DNA from: Desulfobulbus propionicus DSM 2032
GTDB lineage: Bacteria > Desulfobacterota > Desulfobulbia > Desulfobulbales > Desulfobulbaceae
Length of the DNA stretch: 32,000 nucleotides
NCBI RefSeq assembly: GCF_000186885.1
Contig: NC_014972.1
Coordinates: forward strand, 3,270,001 to 3,302,000
Direction of reading: 5' to 3'
Below are positions 17,222-26,091 of this stretch, one piece after another (the stretch's first letter is position 1; every line of letters starts with the position of its first letter). A program made the translations under genes and the position numbers. The notes below the pieces were generated by a model. The model saw only the letters and a list, made by a program, of their open reading frames with translations. It searched no databases and was not told where the DNA came from.

Positions 17222-18442
17222 TCAGGCTCTCTTGTGTGCCCGCACTTTGTCGTAGGCCCGTTTCAGGGTGGCGCTCAGCTCGTCGATGTCCACCGGCTTC
17301 TGCAGATAGGCAAAGGCGCCCAGCCGCATGCAAGTGGCCTTGTCCTCCTCCGAGCCATGGCCGGTCAAAATCACCACCTCCACGTTGGGACGGGTCTCCT
17401 TGGTCTTGCGCAGGACCTCGAATCCGTCGATGCCCGGCATCTTCAGGTCCAGAATCATCACCTCCGGGTCATCGGTGGCCATCAGATCCAGGGCCGACTC
17501 GCCGTCATAGACCACCGCCGAGTCGATATCCCGCATCGACAACCGCTCCGACAAGGTCTGAACAAACTCGCGCTCGTCGTCGACCAGGAGCAGCCGCGGC
17601 GTTTCGAAGTCGTACTTGCGGTAGATATCGGTCTTGTGAAATCCCTTGCCCAGCCGGGTTTCGATCGAGGTCACGCCGTCGACCGAGCCGGCGATGGTTT
17701 TCAGCTCCTCCTCGAGACGGCTGAGCAGCAACACGTTCTGATGGATGGTCAGGGTTACCGCGCCGTCACGGGCAGCCACGCTGACAAAATGGCCCTGCCG
17801 GGCCAAGGCCACTTCCACCTGAGCCGCCAGCACAAAATCACGCTCCGCCCTCTTGGATGCCTTGGTGGGCTGGATCACCTCGCTGCGCAGATTCTCCACC
17901 ACCAGTTTGACCGCCTCTTCCAGCTTGATCTTGTCCACCGGGATGACCAAGTCGTACAACGAGGCACTCCACGGATCGGGCTGCCCGAACAGGGTATCGG
18001 TCCACGCCGCCTTTTCCTTGTCCTGCTTGTGGATCAGCGCCACCGCCTCCTTCTCGCTCACCTGCGTTTCTCGACCGGCCTGGACCAGGCGGTAATTCAT
18101 GTCGGCAATCAGGCAGACCCGGAGCACATGGGTGATCTCGTCGGGGATCAGATGACCGGTCAGTCCGTGGATCAGCGTGTTGTCCGCCTCCAACAAGGTC
18201 TCGGCCATGGCCAGTTTCATCCAGGCCAGCGCCCGTTCCTTTTCGTGGGTGATATTGTTGAAGATCGACGGCTTGTTCGCCAGCACATTCTCGATCTTCT
18301 TCCGGCTGATGGCCGACATGTCGGCCGCCTTGGCAACAATCTCCTCGTCGGTGATGACACTGTAGCGCACCTGTTCCCTGAGCAGGGAAACCAGTTGCTC
18401 GCCCTGGCAGTAACTGCCGCACATTAAGGTAATAACGGACAT
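17222..18442 (-). CDS. Cytidylate-kinase-like (degenerate P-loop) / BON-like / C-terminal REC fusion protein
   Basis: Lies within ORF 17222..18493. Start set to ATG 18442 (MSVITLMCGSYCQGEQL...) with a perfect AGGAGG 6 nt upstream. The N-terminal about 200 aa resemble the cytidylate-kinase-like family, but the P-loop position reads CGSYCQGE. The middle segment VSVAARDGAVTLTIHQNVLLLSRLEEELKTIAGSVDGVTSIETRL looks BON-like. The C-terminal receiver reads LLLVDDEREF...MILDLKMPGIDGF...ILTGHGS...YLQKP. Confidence 0.8.
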   Translation of the reverse strand: MSVITLMCGSYCQGEQLVSLLREQVRYSVITDEEIVAKAADMSAISRKKIENVLANKPSIFNNITHEKERALAWMKLAMAETLLEADNTLIHGLTGHLIPDEITHVLRVCLIADMNYRLVQAGRETQVSEKEAVALIHKQDKEKAAWTDTLFGQPDPWSASLYDLVIPVDKIKLEEAVKLVVENLRSEVIQPTKASKRAERDFVLAAQVEVALARQGHFVSVAARDGAVTLTIHQNVLLLSRLEEELKTIAGSVDGVTSIETRLGKGFHKTDIYRKYDFETPRLLLVDDEREFVQTLSERLSMRDIDSAVVYDGESALDLMATDDPEVMILDLKMPGIDGFEVLRKTKETRPNVEVVILTGHGSEEDKATCMRLGAFAYLQKPVDIDELSATLKRAYDKVRAHKRA

Positions 18443-18546
18443 GCGTTCCTCCTTGGAAATACGCTCGTGGTGGCTCCGGGTCGCAGGGGGCACGGCCGCC
18501 GGGCCGCAGCTCCATCCCTGGACGTCAATCGTTCGTTATCCATTAA

Positions 18547-18561
18547 GCAAGATACGGGCCA
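18547..18561 (-). promoter_or_regulatory. Candidate sigma-54 (-24/-12) promoter for the 18442..13939 operon
   Basis: The minus strand reads TGGCCC-GTATC-TTGCT. GG and GC have the canonical spacing of TGGCAC-N5-TTGCW. It lies about 105 nt upstream of ATG 18442 and directly downstream of the NtrC-type activator gene. Confidence 0.55.
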
Positions 18562-18626
18562 CTATTCAGTATCTCAGTTTTTCAACCAGTTACCCCCCGC
18601 ACTCCCTTTCCGTCGCCCCCGGAGGA

Positions 18627-18671
18627 CGAAACGCAACAGAACACCGCGAAACACCCGAAATGGTTCGAAAC
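18627..18671. repeat. Phased CGAAA(C/T) repeats upstream of the sigma-54 promoter (candidate activator binding array)
   Basis: CGAAAC occurs at 18627, 18647 and 18666, and CGAAAT at 18656, giving spacings of 20, 9 and 10 bp. The last copy lies in the 8-bp palindrome AAACGTTT (18668..18675). The array sits 66-115 bp upstream of the -24 box relative to minus-strand transcription. Confidence 0.4.
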
Positions 18672-18713
18672 GTTTTGGAACAAAGGGTCCGGCCGGCCGG
18701 CAAGGGCTGCTTC

Positions 18714-20108
18714 TCAGCTTTTTTCCCGGAATCGGTGCAACGCTATGCCGTATTTGTTGATCTTGTCGTAGAGGCTCTTGCGGGAGATGCCCATCAGCTG
18801 GTGGGCCAGGCTGACCTGACCGCCGACCTGCCGCAAAACCTGCTCCACATACAGTTGCTCCTGCTGGTCCATGTAGTCCTTCCACGGCAGGCAGGGGGTC
18901 TCGACATCAGGTACGGCAAGGGATTGCCCGCCCTGTTCCTGGTCCCGCCCCCCCAACACGCAGTATCGGCGCACAACATTGCGCAGTTCGCGAATATTGC
19001 CGGGCCAGTCCTGGGCCATCAGCTCGCGGATCAGCTCCGGCGAGCAGGGGCGGACCTCGCCGGGTTGGCCGTCACAGTACTCCTTCCAGAAATAATCGAC
19101 CAGCAGCGGGATGTCCTCCTTGCGTTCGCGCAGTGGCGGCAGGTGTACCGGCAGGACATTGAGGCGGAAATAGAGATCCTGGCGGAAGGCGCCCTTGTCG
19201 ATTTCGGCCCGCAAGTCGCGGTTGGTGGCGGCGATGATCCGCGCCTTGAGCGGAATGACCGTGTTGCTGCCCAGGCGGCAAAAGGTGCGATCCTCGAGCA
19301 CCCGCAGCAATTTGGATTGCAGTTGCGTCGGCATGGAACAGATCTCGTCGAGAAAGAGCGTGCCCTCGCCAGCATATTCGAATGTGCCCACCTTGCGCTG
19401 GATGGCCCCGGTGAAGGCTCCTTTCTCGTGGCCGAACAGCTCGGATTCGATCATCTCCGAGGGAATGGCCCCCATGTTGACCGCCACATAGGGCAGGGCA
19501 TGCCGTGGGCCGATGTCGTGAACGGCCCGGGCCACCAGTTCCTTGCCAGTGCCGGTTTCGCCGACGATCAACACCGGATCGTTCTCCTTGGCGACGGCCT
19601 CGATCAGGTTGTACAGACTGAGCATCGAAGGATGGCTGCCCACCAGCCCGTAAAAGCGGGACCGGCCCTGGCGGGTGGCGATCAGCTGCCGCTCCAGCCG
19701 GCGATTTTCCAGCACCAGCTGCCGCCGCTCGATAGCCCGGGCCAGGGTGGCGAGAATCATCTCCTCATCCACCGGTTTTTGCAAAAAGTTGTAGGCTCCC
19801 TTCTTGACCGCCTCCACCGCCATGCTGATATCGCCGTGCCCGGTGATCAGGATCACCGGTAGATCGCAATCCTTGGCCAGCATCCGCTCCAGGAGCACCA
19901 TGCCGTTCATCTCCGGCATGCGGATGTCGGCGAGCACCGCCGAATAGGTATGGCCGTCGACGCTTGCCAGGGCTTCCAGCGGATTGCCAAAGGTCCGCAC
20001 CGCATAGCCGTTGAGCACCAGAGTCTGTTTGATGGCCGCCAGCAGATAGAGGTCGTCATCGACAACCAGAATCTCCGGGACCGGAACTGTCTCCTGATCG
20101 GTATTCAT
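18714..20108 (-). CDS. NtrC-family sigma-54-dependent response regulator (REC, AAA+, Fis-type HTH)
   Basis: 464 aa. REC (ILVVDDDLYL...VLADIRMPEMNG), Walker A GETGTGKE, canonical ESELFGHEKGAFTGA, WPGNIRELRN, and C-terminal HTH LAHQLMGISRKSLYDKINKYGI. The ATGA overlap with the upstream kinase suggests translational coupling. Confidence 0.95.
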   Translation of the reverse strand: MNTDQETVPVPEILVVDDDLYLLAAIKQTLVLNGYAVRTFGNPLEALASVDGHTYSAVLADIRMPEMNGMVLLERMLAKDCDLPVILITGHGDISMAVEAVKKGAYNFLQKPVDEEMILATLARAIERRQLVLENRRLERQLIATRQGRSRFYGLVGSHPSMLSLYNLIEAVAKENDPVLIVGETGTGKELVARAVHDIGPRHALPYVAVNMGAIPSEMIESELFGHEKGAFTGAIQRKVGTFEYAGEGTLFLDEICSMPTQLQSKLLRVLEDRTFCRLGSNTVIPLKARIIAATNRDLRAEIDKGAFRQDLYFRLNVLPVHLPPLRERKEDIPLLVDYFWKEYCDGQPGEVRPCSPELIRELMAQDWPGNIRELRNVVRRYCVLGGRDQEQGGQSLAVPDVETPCLPWKDYMDQQEQLYVEQVLRQVGGQVSLAHQLMGISRKSLYDKINKYGIALHRFREKS

Positions 20109-21331
20109 CGCTCCTCCTGGCGCGGGCCTTCCGTTGTCGGCGCTGGCCGATACTGGGGAATATAGACGGAAAAGCAGGCGCCCTTGCCGGGAACGCTCTC
20201 CACCTCGATATGACCGGAAAAGCCGCGAACGATACGATCCACGATCGACAGCCCCAGCCCGGTGCCGGTGCCGACCTCGCGGGTGGTGAAGAAGGGATCG
20301 AAAATCTTTTTCTGCAGTTCCTCGGGGATGCCTTCACCGTTATCGGCCACGGTGACCAGCACATAGGGCTCCTTTTGCATGGTGGTCAGATTGAGGCAGT
20401 CGGTGATCCGGCTGGTGATGGTCAAGCGGGGAACCACCACCCGCCCCATGGCCTGGACCGCGTTTTGCACCAGGTTGAGAAACACCTGTTCGAGGCGGAC
20501 CTCGACCCCCAAAACCACGCAGGGGTGGTCGTCCAGGCGCAAATCGAGAAAAACCTCGCTCAGGCGCAGTTGGGCCTCGAGAAACTTGAGGATCTTGCGG
20601 ATGATCTGGTTCAGATCGAGCGGCGCCTGTTCTTCCTCGACCTTGCGACCAAAGCTGCGCATGGTGGCAATGATCGAGGAGGCCTTGTTGACCCGGTCGA
20701 TGATGATCTGCAGATTTTCCCGCAGCATGTCCTTGTGGTCGCCCGGTGCATCCAGGGCCTTGAGGCAGTTGCGGGCGAAAAGCAGGATGGCGTTGAGCGG
20801 CTGGGTCAGCTCGTGGCCGACACCGGCTGCCATCTCCCCCAGGCTGGCCAGCCGGCTGGAATGGATGAGCTGTTTCTGCCCCTCCTGCATCTGCGCCATC
20901 AGATCGTAGAACTCACTGCAGTCAGAGCAGATCAGCATATGCAGCACCAGACCGTTGGGGTTGACATGGGTCGAACCACGCATCTTCACAGGCAGACCGG
21001 TGCCCTTGGCGGTTTTGAGATGGGCTTCGAATTCCGTGAACTCTCCCTTGGCAAAAGCCTGGCGGATTGCTTCGGCCGTCTCCGGCTGCACCAGATCTTC
21101 CAAGGCCAGTTGTTGGTCGCTGTCCAGAAGAAAACCGGTTCGTTCGAGGAACTCACGATTGGTCTGGATAACCTGAAATTCCTGGTCCAGCAGAAGAAAC
21201 AACTCGGAGATCCCCGCCAAAATCCGCTCGGTGAACGAGCGGCTGGCTTCCATTTCCTCGTGTTTCCGCAACACCCGAACAACCAGGTCCTGCCGTTGTT
21301 TTTCCAGTATTTTTATTGCCTGATCATGCAT
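20105..21331 (-). CDS. Cytoplasmic PAS-domain histidine kinase (NtrB-like)
   Basis: 408 aa with no TM segment. PAS-like N-terminal half, H-box [16 protein letters not shown]-box [13 protein letters not shown]-boxes ADNGEGIP and [22 protein letters not shown] upstream. Confidence 0.92.
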   Translation of the reverse strand: MHDQAIKILEKQRQDLVVRVLRKHEEMEASRSFTERILAGISELFLLLDQEFQVIQTNREFLERTGFLLDSDQQLALEDLVQPETAEAIRQAFAKGEFTEFEAHLKTAKGTGLPVKMRGSTHVNPNGLVLHMLICSDCSEFYDLMAQMQEGQKQLIHSSRLASLGEMAAGVGHELTQPLNAILLFARNCLKALDAPGDHKDMLRENLQIIIDRVNKASSIIATMRSFGRKVEEEQAPLDLNQIIRKILKFLEAQLRLSEVFLDLRLDDHPCVVLGVEVRLEQVFLNLVQNAVQAMGRVVVPRLTITSRITDCLNLTTMQKEPYVLVTVADNGEGIPEELQKKIFDPFFTTREVGTGTGLGLSIVDRIVRGFSGHIEVESVPGKGACFSVYIPQYRPAPTTEGPRQEER

Positions 21332-21568
21332 CGTTCTTCCTCCCGCTGGTCAAGGACAGCCGGATAGTACCCGCAGGCCCTCTCGCTCGTCACCAATTTT
21401 ACACAGCGTTAACCGAGAATTTCAGACCTCGCTCCCACCTCTAGGAACATCAGCGCTTTTTTGTGGATAAATGGGCCGCTGTCCTGTAACTCTGCCTGCA
21501 AGAATGCGCTTGCGGCACGGGACTCTCTCTTCCCGAATTGAACGACCAGCCCCAACCCCCTGTTTGCC

Positions 21569-23059
21569 ATGCTCCACTGTTGCATCTTCCTCTGCGGCGC
21601 GGCCCTGATGATCATCGAACTCACCGGCTCGCGCATCCTGGCCCCCTTCCTTGGCACCTCCCTGGTCGTCTGGACGAGCCTGATCGGAATCATCCTCGCC
21701 AGCCTCAGCTTCGGGGCCTGGTGGGGTGGGGTACTCGCCGACCGATCGCCACGCCCCAATCTCCTGGGGCGCATTGTTTTGATGGCCGCCTGGTCCACCG
21801 CCGCCATTGGCCTGTCCAAGAGCTGGATCCTCGAATTTCTTCAAGGCACGGGCAACCTGCACGCCGTGGCCATCACCGCCACCGTTGCCCTGTTCGCGCC
21901 AGCGGCGATCCTGCTCGGCATGGTGCCGCCCTTTGCGGTCCGCCTCTGCCTGCACGACACCGACCACACAGGACGCACGGCAGGGAGCCTTTATGCCCTC
22001 TCCACCATCGGCTCCATAGTCGGCACCTTTCTCGCCGGGTTTGTTCTCATCGCCTGGGTGGGCAGCACCGCGATTCTCTTCATCACAGCCGCCTTCCTCG
22101 TCCTGGCTTCATGGTTGGCCGAACCCTCGAACAAAGCCATCAAGGGCGTCTCCCTGTTCCTTTTTCTGCTGGCCATCGCCCTCTGCCGCCTCCAGGATCA
22201 ACGCCTTGAGCAACTGGGATTCCTCGACCGGGATACCCCCTACAACCGGGTCTTGGTCTACACCAGCAAGGAAGAAGGCACGGACCGACTGATGCGGGAG
22301 ATGGTCACCGGGCCTCAGGGGCGGCAATCGGCCATGTACCTGGACAATCCTACCGAACTGGCCCTGCCCTACACGCGTTTTTATCGGCTGATCGAGCATT
22401 ACCATCCCACGGCACGCCGCATGCTGGTGCTGGGCGGAGGGGGCTATTCCTTCCCCAAATACGCCTTGGCCCGGTACCCGGATCTGCGGATTGACGTGGT
22501 TGAACTCGATCCAGGTATTACCAACCTGGCGCGGACCCACTTCGGCCTGACCGACCATCCCCGTTTGACCATCATCGAGGAAGACGCCCGTACCTTTCTT
22601 AAAAAAGTCGACCACCCCTACGATGTGATCCTGTGCGATGTGTTCAACTCGCACTACTCCATCCCTTTTCACCTGGTGACCGTCGAGGCCATCGGCCTGA
22701 TGCATTCCGCTCTCAAGGCGGACGGCGTTGTCCTGGTGAACCTGCTAGCCTCCACCGAAGGGGTGTCGAGCCGATTTTACAAGGCGTTGCATGCCACCTT
22801 CCGCGCCGCTTTTCCCTCGGTCCAAGCCTATGCGGTGGTCGATCCCACCGACAAGCACTTGTGGCAGAACATGCTGCTCGTCGCCGGCAAGGGCGAGCTT
22901 TCCACCAACGAGCCCAAGGATCCCTCCCTGCGGCGGATGCTTACCCACGCTCTGCCCCCACCCGATAACCATCCCCCTCCCTTCACCGACGAGTATGCCC
23001 CGGTGGATCGCTACATTGGCGAGTTTGGTTTAGGATTGACCGCGCACAGCGATTCCTGA
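21569..23059 (+). CDS. Membrane-fused spermidine-synthase-like (SpeE-fold methyltransferase-like) protein
   Basis: 496 aa. About 6-7 N-terminal TM helices are followed by MLVLGGGGYSFPKYA...IDVVELDPGI...YDVILCDVF, matching the SpeE-type aminopropyltransferase fold. Confidence 0.85.
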   Translation: MLHCCIFLCGAALMIIELTGSRILAPFLGTSLVVWTSLIGIILASLSFGAWWGGVLADRSPRPNLLGRIVLMAAWSTAAIGLSKSWILEFLQGTGNLHAVAITATVALFAPAAILLGMVPPFAVRLCLHDTDHTGRTAGSLYALSTIGSIVGTFLAGFVLIAWVGSTAILFITAAFLVLASWLAEPSNKAIKGVSLFLFLLAIALCRLQDQRLEQLGFLDRDTPYNRVLVYTSKEEGTDRLMREMVTGPQGRQSAMYLDNPTELALPYTRFYRLIEHYHPTARRMLVLGGGGYSFPKYALARYPDLRIDVVELDPGITNLARTHFGLTDHPRLTIIEEDARTFLKKVDHPYDVILCDVFNSHYSIPFHLVTVEAIGLMHSALKADGVVLVNLLASTEGVSSRFYKALHATFRAAFPSVQAYAVVDPTDKHLWQNMLLVAGKGELSTNEPKDPSLRRMLTHALPPPDNHPPPFTDEYAPVDRYIGEFGLGLTAHSDS

Positions 23060-23256
23060 GCCCGGTCCAGATCACCGTCGGCAATCGTCCGTGCTCACTC
23101 CCCGGCGCCATTGATCGCGCAGCGCCTTCACACCGTTGCCCGATACACCCAGAGTGGCCTCCCATGCCACTTCGCTTTCAAGTTGTCATGTATCCGTAGA
23201 GACAAAGGCGAATGTGCGATTGTTCATCTTCAGAAGAATGAAGACAGCATGGCGGA

Positions 23257-25806
23257 TCAATGCGGGGATGAGGTGGCGAGCAGATATTTTGAGGAGGGCC
23301 CCCGGCCCGACTTCTTCATCAGTCCCTTGTCGACCAAGTCGTGCAAATCGTATTGAGCCGTGCGAACGGAAACGGCATCCCCCACCACCTTCTGATACTC
23401 GCTGCGGCTGATGACGCCATTTTTGACAATCAGAGGCCAGGCCTTGCGTTGCCTGATATTCAACTCGGGAGGGACGCCCATGTCCTGCTGTTCTGCTTCA
23501 GCCTCGTTGGCTGGCGGGGCAGACAGGGCTTTTGCAGGGGGTGTGGGCGGCAGTGCGGACGGAAACGACTCGTTCTCCGGCGCGTCGTCACCTTCCAGCT
23601 CGACGCCTCGCTCGTCAAAGAGAATATGCTGAGCGAGCAGCAGATCGCTTTCGGCAAAAGCCAGCGAGCGGGTGATACAGTTGCGCAACTCACGGATATT
23701 TCCCGGCCAGTCATGACTGAGCAATCGTTCCAGGGCACCACGGCTGATCCCCACCGGGTCCAGCCCTGAGAGGGTCATGTGTTCATCGAGGAAATATTTG
23801 ACCAGTACCGGAATATCCTCCTTCCGCTCACGCAACGGCGGCGTATTGATGGTGATCACCGCCAGGCGGTAGTAGAGATCTTCCCGAAAATCACTGGTCA
23901 GAGAGAGCTGGAGCAGGTCAACATTAGTGGCGGCGATAATGCGGGCGTCAAAGGCGACATCCTGATCCGATCCCAGAGGCCGAATCCGGCGGACGGATAA
24001 GGCTCGCAGCAAGGCCTGCTGCACCTTGGGGGAGGCATTGCCGATCTCATCGAGATGCAGGGTACCGCCCGATGCAGCGACAAAAGCGCCCTTCCGCTCG
24101 TTTTGGGCATCAGAAAAGGCGCCCTTGACATGACCGAACAGGGCATCCATGAGCAGATTTTCATCCAAGGCTCCGCAGTTAATGGAAATGAACGGCCCTT
24201 TGGCCCGGTGACTGACCGAATGGATGGCTTCGGCGGTCAGCTCCTTCCCCGTCCCGGTTTCGCCAACGATCAATACGTCCGCCAGGACCCGCGACGCCTT
24301 GTGGATCTGCTGGCGGAGCGTTCCAACCGCCTGACTGCCGCCGACAATCCCGTAGAGCGGCATGGCCAGCAATCGCGCATCAAGCAACGGATTATCACGC
24401 ATCTCCTTCTCCAAATTGACTCGCTGACGCATGCGATCATCCTCGACAAGCCCTTCGCGCAACAACGAATCACTTCGCGCAATATGCAATTGCATAAGCA
24501 GGATATTGATGGACCGCTGAAACTGGTTGATCTCCGCAAACAGCGGTCCAAGGGCCAGCGGTGAAGGATCGTCTCCACCCGCCCTGACATCGACGGCCTC
24601 GGCGAGCAATTCGAGCTGTCGCGCGATACGGCGACTGACAAAATACATGGCCATGAAGACCAGAATGACGCCAAGTGCCACGCAAACGCTCAAGGTTCCG
24701 GCAATCCGGTAGGTGGAGGCCATGAACACAAAACTGGTGTCGATGCAACCGATACCGCCGACAATACGCCGTGTCCCCGCGCCCTCCTCAAAGACAATCG
24801 GCACATAGCTGAGATAGAGGGATCGATCACTCCCGGACGGCGCGATAAACGGACGCGTGACCAATATCTGTCCCGATTTTCCGGCCTGGACGTCGGACAC
24901 CATCGCCCAGTAGAGATCGTGGGCAAAGCCCGGACGAAAGGCGGTGCTGAATCCAGGACGCCCCACATCTCCCTGCAATCCCATGCGCAAGAGATCGACG
25001 GAAAGATCGGCCTGCTGTCGGTCGGGAGATTCGGATTGGAACAGCAGCCAGCCCGCGGCATCAAAGAAAAAACTTTTTTTATGCTCGCTTTCCTGGGGAA
25101 AGAGGAAGAGCGGCGACTGTTTGGAGGTATGCAGGGAGATGATATCGCGCAAGTGGGGCAGATCGATCGACAGTGTCAGTTGTCCTTTATAGGTCTTGCT
25201 GCCGTCATAGACCGGCGTGGTCAGACGGATGACATGCATGTTGAGCGCGCTCATTTTTCCCTCGACATGCACCGACGGGTAGACCACCTCCATGGGTTCC
25301 CCGATCTGAATGTACCCTGCCGGCTTGCCGGTCAACAGATCGCGACTGGAAAAAATACCGAATTTTGCCCCCATGGCCTGATCAATGGGCACGGGGATCA
25401 CGCTGCTTCCGGTGTTGACCAGGACAAAACGCTCCTCGGCGGTCTGACCATGGAAGGCTATTTCACGATAGCGGTTGCGCTCCTCGGCTGATTTGGCGGC
25501 CAGATGAGTGCTGATTGACTCCGGCGTGAGGGACAGACGGGTGAGATATTCCAATTCGTATCGGGCCGCCACCAGCAACTGGTTGATCTCGTGCGCCTGC
25601 GCTAGAGCCCGCACTTGAGCATTTCTCGAATAGGCTTGGTCGAGATAGGAGGAAACGATGTGATAGGTGACGATCACCGTGGCGGAGAGGATGATCACCA
25701 CCAGCAGAGTGCCCAAGAGCACCAGAAACTTGCCGACGCTCCAGGAATAGATCGACCCATCGACCCGGATCAACGGGTTCAGCAGGGGGGGATGCGAGTA
25801 GCGCAT
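23257..25806 (-). CDS. Membrane-anchored sigma-54 activator-like protein (TM, about 330-aa periplasmic sensor, TM, HAMP-like linker, AAA+, winged-helix C-terminus)
   Basis: The track start at 25833 is a GTG. I prefer ATG 25806 (MRYSHPPLL...), which has AAGGAGAA 8 nt upstream. TM1 is FLVLLGTLLVVIILSATVIV and TM2 is IAGTLSVCVALGVILVFMAMYFV. AAA+ motifs: VGETGTGKE, LFGHVKGAFSDA in place of GAFTGA, GGTLHLDEIG, WPGNIRELRN. The C-terminus ISRSEYQKVVGDAVSVRTAQYDLHDLVDKGLMKKSGRGPSSKYLL is a wHTH pattern, not a Fis-type HTH. Confidence 0.9.
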   Translation of the reverse strand: MRYSHPPLLNPLIRVDGSIYSWSVGKFLVLLGTLLVVIILSATVIVTYHIVSSYLDQAYSRNAQVRALAQAHEINQLLVAARYELEYLTRLSLTPESISTHLAAKSAEERNRYREIAFHGQTAEERFVLVNTGSSVIPVPIDQAMGAKFGIFSSRDLLTGKPAGYIQIGEPMEVVYPSVHVEGKMSALNMHVIRLTTPVYDGSKTYKGQLTLSIDLPHLRDIISLHTSKQSPLFLFPQESEHKKSFFFDAAGWLLFQSESPDRQQADLSVDLLRMGLQGDVGRPGFSTAFRPGFAHDLYWAMVSDVQAGKSGQILVTRPFIAPSGSDRSLYLSYVPIVFEEGAGTRRIVGGIGCIDTSFVFMASTYRIAGTLSVCVALGVILVFMAMYFVSRRIARQLELLAEAVDVRAGGDDPSPLALGPLFAEINQFQRSINILLMQLHIARSDSLLREGLVEDDRMRQRVNLEKEMRDNPLLDARLLAMPLYGIVGGSQAVGTLRQQIHKASRVLADVLIVGETGTGKELTAEAIHSVSHRAKGPFISINCGALDENLLMDALFGHVKGAFSDAQNERKGAFVAASGGTLHLDEIGNASPKVQQALLRALSVRRIRPLGSDQDVAFDARIIAATNVDLLQLSLTSDFREDLYYRLAVITINTPPLRERKEDIPVLVKYFLDEHMTLSGLDPVGISRGALERLLSHDWPGNIRELRNCITRSLAFAESDLLLAQHILFDERGVELEGDDAPENESFPSALPPTPPAKALSAPPANEAEAEQQDMGVPPELNIRQRKAWPLIVKNGVISRSEYQKVVGDAVSVRTAQYDLHDLVDKGLMKKSGRGPSSKYLLATSSPH

Positions 25807-25939
25807 TTGACGTTCTCCTTGCGTAACAATCACGCCGCATCACGAACGGCTTTTTTTTCGCTACCAGATAACGCGCAATAGCGCAATGGCAAAATCACAA
25901 CTCTTTGAAATTTTAAATATATTCATTTGCACAAAAAGT

Positions 25940-25955
25940 TGGCACACGGTTTGTT
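25940..25955 (+). promoter_or_regulatory. Candidate sigma-54 promoter P1 for the 26138..29266 operon
   Basis: TGGCAC-ACGGT-TTGTT: a perfect -24 box with correct spacing, but the -12 element reads GT instead of GC. An AT-rich tract (25901..25938) lies immediately upstream, and a tandem GCGCAAT repeat sits at 25873..25887. Confidence 0.4.
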
Positions 25956-26017
25956 TACACACTGACAGCTGTTTTCTTGAACCGGGAAACGCACTCCCCC
26001 GTTGCAGAAAAAGAGCC

Positions 26018-26059
26018 GATCTGAGCGCCCAGTCTCCCCCAACTGGTAGCGCTCAGATC
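26018..26059. promoter_or_regulatory. Perfect 11-bp inverted repeat / extended hairpin in the operon control region
   Basis: GATCTGAGCGC (26018..26028) pairs with GCGCTCAGATC (26049..26059). An inner CCAGT (26029..26033) pairs with ACTGG (26042..26046), leaving loop CTCCCCCA. No U-tract follows. It is either an RNA leader structure (if P1 is used) or a DNA operator/UAS (if P2 is used). Confidence 0.5.
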
Positions 26060-26075
26060 CCATTCGTGACCAACC

Positions 26076-26091
26076 CGGCACCAGACCTGCC
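26076..26091 (+). promoter_or_regulatory. Alternative candidate sigma-54 promoter P2
   Basis: CGGCAC-CAGAC-CTGCC has the GG and GC dinucleotides at canonical spacing. The predicted start is about 36 nt before ATG 26138. The same bases form the 7-bp hairpin CCCGGCA (26074..26080) / TGCCGGG (26088..26094), so the match may simply reflect the palindrome. Confidence 0.35.

Noticed and set aside
14395-21367. A series of long plus-strand ORFs (14395..15270, 15430..16776, 16903..17724, 17114..18427, 18441..19862, 20210..21367).
   Set aside because: All are mirror frames of the minus-strand signalling genes, which carry canonical H/N/G boxes, REC and AAA+ motifs and good RBSs. The plus translations are Arg/Gly/His/Gln-rich and motif-free.
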